In this document: positions 1 through 12,989 of the stretch, piece by piece
How the letters are laid out: each line of letters starts with the position of its first letter
How positions within the stretch are numbered: the first letter of the stretch is position 1
Program-made: the position numbers and the translations under genes
Assembly (NCBI RefSeq): GCF_004010195.1
Contig: NC_057710.1
Coordinates: forward strand, 125,229,397 to 125,293,396
Source: Chiloscyllium plagiosum
Lineage: Eukaryota
Length of the DNA stretch: 64,000 nucleotides
Direction of reading: 5' to 3'
Notes under the pieces: model-generated
Database searches by the model: none
The model's input: only the letters and a program-made list of their open reading frames with translations
What the model was told of the DNA's origin: nothing

Positions 1-411
1 GGCTGTTTTCCCTGGAGCGTCGGAGGCTGAGGGGTGACCTTATAGAGGTTTACAAAATTATGAGGGGCATGGATAGGATAAATAGACAAAGTCTTTTCCC
101 TGGGTTCGGGGAGTCCAAAACTAGAGGGCATAGGTTTAGGGTGAGAGGGGAAAGATATAAAAGAGACCTAACTTTTTCACGCAGAGGGTGGTATGTGTAT
201 GGAATGAGCTGCCAGAGGATGTGGTGGAGGCTGGTCCAATTGCAGCATTTAAGAGGCATTTGGATGGGTATACGAATAGGAAGGGTTTGGAGGGATATGG
301 GCCGGGTGCTGGCAGGTGGGACTAGATTGGGTTGGGATATCTGGTTGGCATGAACAGGTTGGACCAAAGGGTCTGTTTCCATGCTGTACATCTCTGTGAC
401 TCTATGACTCT
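1..411 (+). mobile_element. CR1 LINE 3' end (RT C-terminus and 3' UTR); continues beyond the window start
   Basis: Encodes LFSLERRRLRGDLIEVYKIMRGMDR, the typical CR1 ORF2 C-terminus. Ends in a TCTCTGTGACTCTATGACTCT microsatellite tail. Confidence 0.95.
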
Positions 412-614
412 AAGGAGGCTGGGAGAGCATGCCAAGAGCAGCAAAAAGGCTTAGGTAAAGATTAGTTACCCATCTAGTGAAGCTATATATCTCAAATACT
501 TGCAAATGGTAAATACAGAGTGCTCGAGGCAAAATTAGCCAATCAGATCAAAATTCTTCATTCCTGTCACATCAAATCATGAATGTTATAGAATTATGAA
601 GGCAGACTGAATCA

Positions 615-720
615 GTTAGGACTACATTCGCTGGAGTTTAGAAGAATGAGGAGGTACCTCATAGAAACCTGTAAAATTCTAACAGGAGTAGTCCTGATAA
701 GCGTGGGAAGGATATTCTCA
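615..720 (+). mobile_element. Old CR1 fragment
   Basis: GGACTACATTCGCTGGAGTTTAGAAGAATGAGG...CTCATAGAAACC reads as GL.SLEFRRMR..LIET. Confidence 0.6.
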
Positions 721-2032
721 GAGGTCTGAAGGCTTCTGATCCAAACATGCACATTGTGATGATACTATGGCTTTAAGAGATATATTTTACCCTTATTTTA
801 TAAAGGGAAGTTGAGACAGAAGTGACAGCTGTCTCTTCCAAGCCAATAACATAAACAGTTTGTGAGGCCTTGCGATTTTTTTTAAAAGTTGGAACAGTAG
901 AAGAAGCATAAATGGGTGGAGTCAGGCTCCTACAGAATCAGAATTTTATTTTATTTTTCAGTAGCTGTTTGGGTTTTGAAGCTTCCACCTGGAATACTTG
1001 CCTTTAAATAAGCTCAAAATTAGGGTCGAGGCTATCTCCTTGTTTGAGTGGGGTTTGGTCTAGTCCATTACAACGTCTCAAGATGTTCAGTCTCCTGGAG
1101 TCAATTACATAGCTATTGGCAGATAGGAGCGTTTTTCATTGTTAAGTAATCACCATTACACAGATCAATCAGCTACTCTGCCTCTTGAACCAGTCCTTCT
1201 CCCATTTCAGTCCACAATCTAAAATACAGAAAAATTAGTCTTGACACATTTCATATTTTCCTCTCCTTATATATAAGGCATTCTTCACTCTCGCTTTTCG
1301 CTTTAATATCTCGCAGTTCTGGTGGAGGATAAAAGAGCTAAAAAGGTAGCAATTTTCTCTTTCCAGAGATATTGTCTGTCCTTTGGAGGATATTTTAAAA
1401 TTTGTGTTTCTGTTTTTCTGCTCTTCCTTATTTTTATTTACATTTTTCTTTTCTCTCCTGCATTTACTGTAAAATTGAGAAATTCATAATTTTCATATAA
1501 ATATCTAAGTGGAAAATTATTTTTTCCCTCTACTTTTAAACTGTTGTGATAATTTGTCAATTGTGTAATGGCTTCACACATGCAACTACATATGAATCCA
1601 CTCCATTCAGTACTTTTCCAGTTTAATTTGCTTAATGACTCTGCTGTTCAAGTATCTCAGGCCCAAAAATATATTTCTCGGTGTCATCAAATAAATGAAA
1701 ACACTTATATTGAATAAGCTTTTTTAACATTAGAAAGGAAATAGAAGTGACCGTATGGTTTTTGATGGGGCATCAGGAAAGGATTGAAAACCTGTGTCCT
1801 ATTCTAAGAAATGTAAGAGCATTAAGATAACCTTTTGGCAAGTGAGTTACTGGTGATGCATATTACAATTAGTTTACTCCTGCTATCATAAGGTTCATTC
1901 AATGTGTTGTTTGGAATCTTTTAGTCAATGTGTGATATTGGCAGCACCTTACAAAGTCATGTATGAAATAAACAGGAAATGCTGTATACACAAAACAGGC
2001 TGGGGCAAAATCTTCAGAGAGACACAGTTAAC

Positions 2033-3266
2033 ACAGAGTCACAGAGATGTACAGTATGGAAACAGACCCTTCGGTCCAACCTGTCCACGCCGACCAGATA
2101 TCCCAACCCAATCTAGTCCCACCTGCCAGCACCCGGCCCATATCCCTCCAAACCCTTCCTATTGATATACCCATCCAAATGCCTCTTAAATGTTGCAATT
2201 GTACCAGCCTCCACCACATCCTCTGGCAGCACATTCCATACACGTACCACCCTCTGCGTGAAAAAGTTGCCCCTTAGGTCTCTTTTATATCTTTCCCCTC
2301 TCACCCTAAACCTATGCCCTCTCGTTCTGGACTCCCCAACCCCAGGGAAAAGAATTTGTCCAATTATCCTATCCATGCCCCTCATAATTTTGTAAACCTC
2401 TATAAGGTCACCCCTCAGCCTCCAACGTTCCAGGAAAAACAGCCCCAGCCTGCTCAGCCTCTCGCTATAGCTCAAATCCTCCAACCCTGGCAACATCCTT
2501 GCAAATCTTTCCTGAACCCTTTCAAGTTTCACAACATCTTTCCAATAGGGAGGAGACCAGAATTGCACGCAATATTCTAACAGTGGCCTAACCAATGTTT
2601 TGGACAGCCGAAACATGACCTCCCAACTCCTGTACCCAATCTCTGACCAATAAAGAAAAGCATACCAAACGCTTTCTTCACAATCCTATCTACCTGCGAC
2701 TCCACTTTCAAGGAACTATGAACCTGCACTCCAAGGTCTCTTTGTTCAGCAACACTCCCTAGGACCTTACCATTAAGTGTATAAGTCCTGCTAAGATTTA
2801 CTTTCCCAAAATGCAGCACCTCGCATTGCCCATCTGGTCCAAATCCTGTTGTAATCTGAGGTAACCCTCTTCACTGTCTACTACACTTCCAATTTTGGTG
2901 TCATCTGCAAATTTACCAACTGTACTTCTTATGCTTGCATCCAAATCATTTATGTAAATCACAAAAAGTAGAGGACCCAACACCGATCCTTGTGGCACTC
3001 CACTGGTCACAGGCCTCCAGTCTGAAAAACAACCCTCCACCACCATTCTCTGTCTTCTACCTTTGAGCCAGTTCTGTATCCAAATGGCTAGTTCTCCCTT
3101 TATTCCATGAGGTTTAACCTTGCTAATCAGTCTCCCAGCGGGAATCTTGTGGAATACCTTACTGAAGTCCATATAGATCACATCTACTGCTCTGCCCTCA
3201 TCAATCTTCTTTGTTACTTCTTCAAAAAACTCAATCAAGTTTGTGAGACATGATTTCCCACGCACA
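2033..3266 (-). mobile_element. 5'-truncated CR1 LINE (RT domain to 3' tail), with frameshifts and an internal deletion near 2826
   Basis: ORFs 2798-3265, 2577-2819 and 2113-2616 give GKSCLTNLIEFFEEVT, SGVPQGSVLGPLLF, KFADDTK and LVRPLLEYCVQFWSP. The tail lies at ~2033-2048. Confidence 0.95.
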
Positions 3267-3267
3267 T

Positions 3268-3450
3268 GGGATATGGACCGGGTGCTGGCAGGTGGGACTA
3301 GATTGGGTTGGGATATCTGGTTGGCATGGACGGGTTGGACTGAAGGTCTGTTTCCATGCTGTACATCTCTATGACTCTATGACTCTTAGGAGGCTGGGAG
3401 AGCATGCCAAGAGCAGCAAAAAGGCTTAGGTAAAGATTAGTTACCAATCT
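3268..3450 (+). repeat. Second copy of the CR1 tail plus unique flank found at ~292-475
   Basis: A CR1 3' UTR (3268-3386) is followed by AGGAGGCTGGGAGAGCATGCCAAGAGCAGCAAAAAGGCTTAGGTAAAGATTAGTTACC, identical to 413-470. Confidence 0.9.
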
Positions 3451-3639
3451 CGTTCAAGTTGGGAGATGTTAGATAACACTACAAAATTGGAGGGCCATCA
3501 ATGTCCTTGCCATAATGACATAATGTGGTGAGACTGGCACACACACAGGAAGGAGGTGTATAGAAACAGTTGAACAGAGAAAGCTGCAGAGGAAAGGGAT
3601 GGAGATCACAGGTGGCATTACCAATGTTACAGTTCTTGC

Positions 3640-3845
3640 AGACGTAAGCTCAGTTTCCTTCACAGCACAGAACGACTTTTTTAGGTTGAAGATGTCATGC
3701 AAGGTGGTCACAAATATCTATAGTCTCCTAAACAAAGATCTTCTTATCTGTTGTACTTGGAGCTTATGCATCACTGTCATCAGGAATTCTGCTCTGGCTA
3801 CTTGCAGGGTCCTACTAGATACCATTTTGAGGAACTACAATAGAA
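3640..3845 (+). pseudogene. PIF/Harbinger (HARBI1-like) transposase N-terminal relic
   Basis: Across frameshifts it reads RKLSFL...FRLKMSCKVVTNIYSLLNKDLL...SGYLQGPT. This resembles the HARBI1-type RLRMSREVV..IC.LL and ASGSFQ motifs. Confidence 0.55.
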
Positions 3846-6185
3846 TTGCAGATGAAATCTCTGTTTAGAGTGCAGTAAGAATTGAAAGTGGTCATTTGTT
3901 TGAAATAGTCATAAGTCTTGAGTGCATGTGTGAGATGGGAGGACGTAGGGTTGAAATGGTGTAGGGAGGGGTCAGTAATTCCAGGATGGAATTTTAGTTA
4001 CAGTGGATGTTGATGAAGTTGAAGTCTCTATTTGGTTATGTTTCCTGAGGCCCTGGAAACCTGTTGCACAGGATGAAAATGAAACCTGAGTTACTCATCC
4101 TCATTAAAGTGCTTAATGATCAATCTGCTTCCAGGGACAAATTGAATTCCCCATGCCCATCCTGACTCTGTTAAAACTAGCAGTGAGCAGTTTTAAGAAA
4201 GATTGGGCTCCAGTTTGAATTTACATCCTATCTGACACAAATCCATTATTTTGGGGGGATTACAGTTTCCCTCATTTTTTTTCTACTGTGTGACAATTTA
4301 AGCACAAGGATCATATTTACAAATTAAAGAAAACAAAAAGTACAGGAATAATTTATTTACTGAAAGGATAACTAATTACGTGGAACAAGTTGCCAGCACT
4401 GATCATGGATCAAGAAACCTAATTGGATTTTATGAACAGACCATTCAGCAATTATATCTTTGTCAGATCTTTGAAAGAACTATCAAATTCATAATTCCCT
4501 TACTATTTCTCCATAGTCCAGCAATTATTTCCCTTCAAGTATTGGTGATGTTTCTCTGTATAAGTTATTTTTGAATTCTCTCAAAGGCTTTAACTTCCTA
4601 TCTGAAATGTGACACCTATAATTGGACACAAAATTCTTGCTGGTGTATTGTGAAGTAATTTATAATATCTTAACACCCTTACTCTTGCATTGTATGGCAA
4701 TAGTGTTGAAGTCAATATTTGTATATGAGGGACCTTCCTGTTGCTGTGGTTATTTCACTGTGAAAAGCACACTTGAATTGATAAATTATTCACTGTTTTC
4801 TACTGAAATATTGGAGTCAAGTCTAACTAATGGCAATTGGTGTTCATGGAGCAGTAATGGATTTCAAATGGAGTCAGAATGTTTACTGACCTGTTAATTC
4901 CAATGCTACAGTTGCTACCATTTGTAAAGCAATCTTCCCATGGGTATCAAAAGTCCCTGCAGCTCTAGGTTGCCAAAGGCATTTTGTACATGGGCACAGA
5001 CTAGCTACATCTTCTGGGATTGAGTATCCTAAATGTTCTTAAATGGAACATTGTTAGCCCTTTCAAAAATGGCGTCCTTGAAAATTATAGTTTTGTAGAA
5101 CTAGGAGGAATGCATTCGCTAGTCCATTATCTCATTTTCATTTCCCCCATCCACCCTCCCTGGAACTTTTCTGCTTGCTAGTACAGTGCCCAGGTTGCAC
5201 AAGTCCAAAATTGATGAAATAACCATTAAGGGCATATAGTCACCAGTTGCACAGAAATGAGGACCCAGGTCTTAATTAAGCTGGATCTTCCCACCAACAG
5301 AAATAGATTGACAGCTGGGACCTTCTGCTTGTCAGCCACCCAAGTGGTGAAATCCAGTCCTTCGTTTAAAAGATTTATTTCCTCATGGCTTGCAAAATCA
5401 GGTTAGCAAGAGTACGAACAGTCTTGGTGGCCAACATCAGGTCCCCATCACCATCTTTATTAAATTCTGCCTGAAATGTTGTAAGTATTGTCTAACAACT
5501 ACTCGGCAATACATTTTGTATATCAGTTTCAGGCAACATTCATAGGCAACTATTACTTACAGTTTCGTGTTGTTTAGTCTCATCTGTGTTGTGTTTACCC
5601 AATGTTGTGATCACTTACTCTGCCCTTTTCTCCTTCCTCTGCAAGTATTGCGATAATTGTCTGTCTGTTCTGCACTTTTGTCACTGTTCATTGTATTGGT
5701 TTGTCTCCTGAATGCGAATAGCCTGCTCAGAAGAATGACATCAGACTGGGTTTTGTGAGAAAGCCAAGGCACCAGAGTTCACCACTAACCTTCTTACAAA
5801 AACTGTGGCAAAAGATTGAAAGAACTAAACAGCATCATTTCCCCCTTTCCCAACATCAGTTTGTTTTGTATTAAGGCAAGGTGACGTTTGGAGGATTAGA
5901 ACAGGGAAGTCATCAAGCAAGGGAAGCAGTCACTCACATTGAAGTTCTCTCACAGACACCAACCATGAAGTCAATCCCCTCACTATTAATTTTAATATTT
6001 AATAGATAGCAAAATAAGTGATTGGGGCATACGGATAGGCTAAAGGTAAAATATGAAATATCACAAACAATCTTTAAAAATAAATTATAAAACTCTTCGG
6101 AATTTCTTATATAATGGAGACATTTGACAAACATAAAATTACTGTTTTAGGGCTACTAAGTCTGTTTAACTAATCGTGAATTTAG

Positions 6186-6272
6186 CTGGAAATGTGTTGC
6201 TGGAAAAGCGCAGCAGGTCAGGCAGCATCCAGGGAACAGGAGAATCGACGTTTCGGGCATAAGCCCTTCTTC
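6186..6272 (-). mobile_element. Penelope-like terminal mini-insert (family A) with hammerhead motif truncated in the core
   Basis: Minus strand reads GAAGAAGGGCTTATGCCCGAAACGTCGATT. It is flanked by the direct repeat TCGTGAATTTAG at 6174-6185 and 6271-6282. Confidence 0.85.
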
Positions 6273-9200
6273 GTGAATTTAGTATGCCATTAAAAACCCT
6301 TCATTCAACAGAGTGTAACTTTTAAGGAATTGAGACGGAGAGTAGAAACTAACATCCTAACTTCAGTGGTTTCCAATTGACACCATTGTGGGGGCCCTCA
6401 ACAGCACAAGATTTGGATAAACATGGAATTATTGATAGCAGCTTCTGAATTTACATGCTTAGCTGCATATGTGCAGACTCCAGAGTGGCCGTCAGCTTTA
6501 GAGGAGTAATAACGCTGACAGTTTTTCAGTTATTATATTGAATTATCCAAGCCATTGTCCTGACATTAACAATCTCTTACGTTGTCATCTAATTAATTTA
6601 CAATAAGGTAGAGGAGCCTTTCTGACAGTATAACTCTTTATAGAATAACTATTACAACAGAACATCTTGCAATTTTGGTAAGAGGACTAAGCATCTTCAT
6701 TGTTGAATTTCAGTCAGCAGAGGTTAATAATTTCAATAATGATTATAATATCACATGGTGTACAAACCATACTAACATATGTAATATCAATAGGCAGGAG
6801 TTCTGTAACAATGCCTCACTAGTATGGTGCTGAGGAAACAATCAGTGCATAAAACAAGCTTACATGTGCTTACTTGCTTTTTAGATGTTATTTCAATTAT
6901 GTTTCTAGTCACCCTACTTTTTCCATCTTGTAGCCTTACTTAATACACTAATTCTGAGATTTCTACCTCGAGCTTCCATATAAAATAAAGTTATGCATGT
7001 AACTAACTTGCAAACATTCACAATCATGTAATGTATAATAAAGTACTGCTGCTGCATAATTGCATCTAGTTGGCTATTTTTAGAACAGTCAGATCAAAAA
7101 CATTTAAACTAGAGACTAGATAACAAGAGTGTCTAATTTATGTCTGATGTCTGGATATTTGAAGGGAGGCTGGTAGCATTTAGCCAAAAATGACCATAAG
7201 ACAGGACATCTCCAGGGCTGCAAAGCCCCTGCTGATCTAAAGAGCTGCATATTATACACTCAACCTCCGAAACAGCCTTCCCAGAGGATGTGAGGGAATA
7301 GTAGTGCTGGGAGACCACAGCCAGGGACACATGGAAACAGACCCCAGCAATTGAGGTGAAGAGAGAAAGCTTCATCTTGCAATTGTGAGGAGGAAGAATC
7401 TTGAAGGATTGGGTTGGGAAATTGTTGACTGGACTCTGGAGAATGTTGTACATTTCCTTGTGGGACCCAGGAAAGCACTCCTATTCATCTGCCTTTCAAG
7501 GAACACTGAAAAGGCCTTTAACGAAGGAAGCAACAGTAATTACGTCTGTTTTACCAGGGGAGATTCTTAAATCAGTGATGTATGAATTATTTTTAAATTA
7601 GGCTCCTGAGCATTCCATTTGAGGCTAATTTAAAATGGTAGGAATAGAACTACCTATTTGAGATAGGAACACTCAGATGTCTCAAAATCCAGTGCAAAGA
7701 AAATCATTTGTTGAAGATCAAAAATTTAGTTTTAAAGCAGAAGCTTTTATTTAATTTTTTTTACAATATTCAAGCACTGATATTAAAGATATTTAAATTT
7801 TTTAAGTGATCAAATAAAAGACAATTGCCATAAAGTCATCTTTTCCAATCCATGTCCCTGATCTTGTTTTGTCTGTTCTTTAGGTACAGACTTGGTAAAG
7901 CATGTCCCTCTTTAAACAGGCATCCTATTTATATACGTTATCATTGGAAGCATTAGCATTCTTTTGACACATCAGCACATAATGAAAAATTCAAGCTGTA
8001 AAAATTCTTACAAATGGCAAGCAGATAAATCTTCATTCCATTCCCTTAACATACCACACAGCACAAACACTAAAATCACTTATGGGTCCTAGGTTCAAGT
8101 CTCTGAGGTTAAGTAGATAAATGTTACTGTTGAAAAGGCAGTCAAAGAGAGGGCCCTCGCAAAGTTACTAGTTTTATTAACAGGCTGTAATGAGAGAGAT
8201 AACTTCAGATTGGGTGAGGATGACTTTTTCATTAACAAACCAGGTAAGTGAAGCAATTGTGGCTGTACCAATTTTTAACTTAATCATTTATTTCTGACTG
8301 TAACCATTAAAACATTTGTCCAATCAATTCCTTTCCAAGTCAGCATTGTAATATTCATGGCAACCCTTGTCCCAAGCTAATAGCAGTGACAACGTAACCA
8401 TTGATTTGATAATAATGTGCTAATTTCTTCATCCCAAGAGGTTTTTGCTGAATATAATTTAGCATTTTTAATGGTGTCATATTTCCACAATATTGCATTT
8501 AGAAGCCATTTCTACTCAGGAAGTCATGCAACTCATGAAGCAGAATCTTAAAATTAACATTACTGCTTGGAGGAGAAAGTGACATTCAAATGATGTCGTC
8601 ATTGGTGTTCAAAGATAAATGGGTCAACCAAAATGTAAGCCCATTTATCAGATGGAGGCTGCTCTACCATATATTTTCAGCAGTTTCTGATTTTATTTTA
8701 GGGTTCCAGCCTATTTTGACTGTTAAAAATACTTGATTTGGTGCCTGGATTGGAACGGCTGAATTTGAAATATCTGTAAAGTTGCTGGAGTATGAAGCAT
8801 AACGTACCTATTAAGTGAATAAAGAAACTGATTGGAATTACTCCATGAAAATAATGCGTAAATCTAAGCTCAGTCAGCATTAGAGCAGAATGAAAGTGAA
8901 CACATCAACAAGCCTTTAATGTAGCATTTCTGTAAAAATTTAAAGTAATTTATATTCAACAACCTTAACTGAGGTTGATATGAATAGTTGAAACTTCGGA
9001 TAATAACGTGAAGATTAGGATTGATGCAGGCTGGGGGTTGGTTACAATGAAGGTAAGAATGGCTGATTCTAACATGGAGGTCTCATTATCATCCTGTGCC
9101 GAAACAGATGAAATGCCCAACTGCATGCTGCAAATTCACTTCAACTATTTAAAAACCCAGTTCAGAAATACAATGGATGAGCAGTTTTGGAGATTGTAAT

Positions 9201-9479
9201 TGTGGGTTTGAAGCATAACAGTGAGTGACAGATCTGAAAAATTAAAGTCTGCCATTATGTCAGCAAGTTGACATTACCTGCTCTGCAGGACTCAGTGAAG
9301 ACTCAAGAAAGTTCCTGGGATAAAGAAACCTGTTACCTCCACAAAGACGTTGAAGGTGACATTAGCACGACAACCTGGAATCAGATTTTAATAGCACTAT
9401 CAGGTCAGGAAAACTTAGCAAAATTGCACAGATAGCAGTGCATTCGCAGTACCACCGAATGGAGGCATAAAGGTAGTTT

Positions 9480-9630
9480 CCAGGATCTCGGCCATAAGGT
9501 TGCATGAGCCCTTTCCTGTTGTTGCAGATTAACTGCTCATTAATGGAATTAAATCCCTCACATTTAAAGAGTACCCCTGACTGGTCAACGGATTCTTGGA
9601 TTACCAAATGTGTGCAATTGGTGGCTCCTG
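9480..9630 (-). pseudogene. PIF/Harbinger (HARBI1-like) DDE transposase core relic
   Basis: GATNCTHLVIQESVDQSGVLFKCEGFNSINEQLICNNRKGLMQPYGRDPGN aligns by eye with the HARBI1 pattern GAIDCTH...NRKGFHSLNVQLVCD...YPGS. Confidence 0.7.
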
Positions 9631-9772
9631 TACTGAGGTGGAGGCTAGCAGTGTTCTAAATTTCAATGCCTCCTCTTTCTGGTTCTGACATTTATATACC
9701 TCACAGATCTGGGCATATAATCTGTCCATCACTTACCATGAGCTGACTCTAATATTTGTGATGAACCCTATG

Positions 9773-9963
9773 GTGGCCTAGAAGATGCCAGAGGGCAGTA
9801 GTTACTTTCAAAGCCATCATTAACATGCGGATTAGGTCTACTAAGTAGCAGGTAAAAACAATGACTGCAGATGCTGGAAACCGTGGCCTAGAAGATGCCA
9901 GAGGGCAGTAGTTACTTTCAAAGCCATCATTAACATGCGGATTAGGTCTACTAAGTAGCAGGT
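9773..9963. repeat. Perfect 81-bp direct duplication flanking a 29-bp Penelope-type tail fragment
   Basis: 9773-9853 is identical to 9883-9963. The spacer is AAAAACAATGACTGCAGATGCTGGAAACC. Confidence 0.9.
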
Positions 9964-12852
9964 CTCCCTGTCACAGACAATAGTTGTCTTTGTTCACCTA
10001 ATGTAATAACCTGAAGTTTCAGAAGCACTGTTCCTCCGACAGGTCAATGAAACCCACGTCTGCTGTGTGATTGGCTTAATAAGCTTATCCCCTCAGTTGC
10101 TCTCTTCTCTGCTGATCACCAGCTCCCCCACAGCAGGCCTTTTCTGCTGATGATCCTCATTTTTCGGCATGTCTTCAGTGACATTGAGAACAACAAGGCA
10201 CCATCTATCATATTTCGATGCAAATGCTTCCAAATATTCTTATGATTCTCTTACACTGAAATATTTTCACTAAACTGTATCCCAGAATAGGCTGAGAAAG
10301 GGCTTGTGTATGTTGTGTTCTATCTGATTGCCAGTAGGTCAGTAGATCTTTAAGACATATGCTCATGATGTCATCACTGTATCATGGCATGTGACCTCAT
10401 CACCTGAAGCATGACATGCCACAAGAAATATGCAGTTCTGTATGACTTACAACAAATTGTCAACTCAGATATCTGTGCCTGAACAATTTAATGTTTATAT
10501 ATAATTGTTAGCTGTAATAAATGTCTGTTAGATTCTTCAATAGCATATTTTCCACATCTACTTTTGTATGTTATGAGGGATAACATAAGTGTTGTTGCAT
10601 CAAGTAGAATACATTGCTGGAAGCAAAACTTGCTGGAAGCAAAACCCACTTCAGTGCATACTACACCTTAGTTAAAATCTGGCTTTAATCATTTCATGAA
10701 ACCGAAGAAATGTTGTTGCTGCACTCCTGCCTAATACCTGGGAAATCTGTACAACACCAGATAATTTTAACTTGGGCCCCCAATTTCATTACAATCGTCT
10801 AATTTAAATATGTAGCTAATAGTCTTGCTTCTCTCGAGTGGGATACTCAAATGTCATGATATTTGTCACTGTAACATTAATCATAAAATACATAATGAGT
10901 TGAGGCAGTTTCTGTGAATTTGATATTTGCATTTAATTCTCTTCCTCGCTTTTTGGCTTAATGTTGAGGTTCAGGCTTTCCAATGCATTTTTGTCTGTGT
11001 TTGTCACTGTGTCGAGGACAGCTTCTTGACAATTTAATTGCTCTCTTGCTTTAAGTCTTTAGTAAGACCATCTGTAATAGCTTTTTAGCTGAATAGGACT
11101 CTGTAACACTTCGGTCATCTTATTTCCATCTACCTGTGGATGCCTAAAATAGGACTAAAGACTAAATTTGCCTCAAATTACTGCAGGAAAAGTCAGTTTA
11201 TCCTCGACAGAACTGTTGTTTCCTTTTTCTATTGACAGTTCATTTCCTCCATTTTTAACATTCTCCAGGATTATCTCCCCTCTTCTCAGGAATTCACATA
11301 AACAGAAGACATGTCAACTCAAAGTTCTATTGTGAGATTATTCTTGCTTCATGCAGTGATATTGGATAAAGTGTCGTAACAGCTGGAGTTTCTCTTTTGG
11401 GAAAGTGTAGTCTGAAGATCTTTTCATGTTCTATTTCACAGGATTAGCAACAAAGTACAGAGTACTATTGTCTTCATTTTATGATTTGTATAGAATTTTG
11501 TTTAACTATTTATTTGCACTCTTTAGTTTATGGTACAAGAAAGCGCACACTTAGATAGATCTGAAAGTATATAAAAACGATACATTAATTTACATGTGAA
11601 ATGCAATGGAGGAGCACTAATAACCAGGTACTTAGAAATTCTAAAATTAGCTTCCACTTGATGTGCTAATGAGACGCTAAATGTTTGATCTGGTGTCTTG
11701 TGTCTGTTAGGAAGAATCAGGAAGTAGACCTCTACTGAATGAATTCAACTTCTTGATCAAATGGAAATAAAACATAATTGTAAGGAGGTTTTTTTTCCCA
11801 TTAGCAACTATATTTACAAATTGTTAGTACACAACTGGGATTTTTGAACAGGGAAGTCACATGAAAGTAAAATTAATCACACCACTTTACATTTATTATT
11901 ACTGAGGTCAGATTTCAAATCTTCTAGTTGAGAACATAAAATTACATGAATATAGTGCATCTATAGAGAGAGACACACAACCTAAACAACATTTGAATGA
12001 TCCCACCAGGCCATAATAGTCTTGGAACTACATCATTGATTTGTGTGATGGATGAGTCAGGGTGGGGAAATTTCATTGTGTGCCTAATCGATTTACAATG
12101 TGCATCAATTTCCATCCATCCCATCTGCTGGTATAAAGTGCTCTCACACAGAATTTACAAAATTTCTCATTTAACTGTTGATCTGACATAAACGAGAGGG
12201 AAATCAGACAAGGTACAATGGATATGAGTTCCTGAGAGCTGCAGCCCTGTCATTGTAATTTCAGCAGGAGTGTAGCAGAAAGCCGAGATCCACTGAGACC
12301 CCACCTTCAGTGCAAGTATCTGTTAAGAATTCTTTGAGTGGAACACCTGCCATCCATAAACATAGTTGCATCCTTCTGATTCACATGGTGAGTAGGAGGA
12401 CAACCCAAAAGCTGGACATTTCCTTGGCCTGCCAATGGTATTCCATTAGCTGGCTAACATGACAGGGAGTAGATGTGTCCTAGTCTGCTGGTTATTAGAT
12501 TCCCCAGAGCATCCAGGCTTGTGAAACTGAACACGTGGGGCTAGGTTTTATGCTGGGGATGGGCTCTTCACGCCCCATCCTCTGTTGTTTCAACATCAAA
12601 GTTGAAACAACCTAAGAAGATTCATCTATATGCTAATGTATGGCTACGCAATCGAACATTCCCTAATGTGGATCTCATCATTTTACTTTTAATTGCTGAA
12701 ACTGGTCATCTTCAAACTAGTCTTAAACTCAAGCTATTATCAGCTGAGACTCCATTCAATTTGATCAAGGTTAGAGGTGTGTTGGCCACAGTGTGTGTTG
12801 GAAGTGGAGAAATAGATGATTGATAAGATAGGTAATTGATAAGCTGAGAAGC

Positions 12853-12923
12853 TCCACCTTAGTATTGTGGTTAGTATCCCACCTGCCATGTGGGAGACCA
12901 GGGTTCAATTCTCTGATAGGGAC
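12853..12923 (+). pseudogene. tRNA-Asp-derived pseudogene
   Basis: TCCACCTTAGTATTGTGGTTAGTATCCCACCTGCCATGTGGGAGACCAGGGTTCAATTCTCTGATAGGGA is collinear with vertebrate tRNA-Asp(GTC). Most differences are CpG decay, and the anticodon is altered. Confidence 0.75.
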
Positions 12924-12989
12924 TAGCTGATCTCTGTGTGAATGGTTGTCTATCACTAAGGATATGTCTTTGACACAAAGTTTGTCTGG

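Noticed and set aside
2113-3265. RT ORFs as an active retroelement gene
   Set aside because: 5'-truncated, frameshifted and internally deleted.
9773-9963. Repeat-spacer-repeat pattern resembling CRISPR
   Set aside because: Only two 81-bp units, a eukaryotic context and no cas genes. The spacer resembles a retroelement tail.
10614-10645. Tandem duplication of TTGCTGGAAGCAAAAC
   Set aside because: Simple 16-bp slippage duplication with no further structure.
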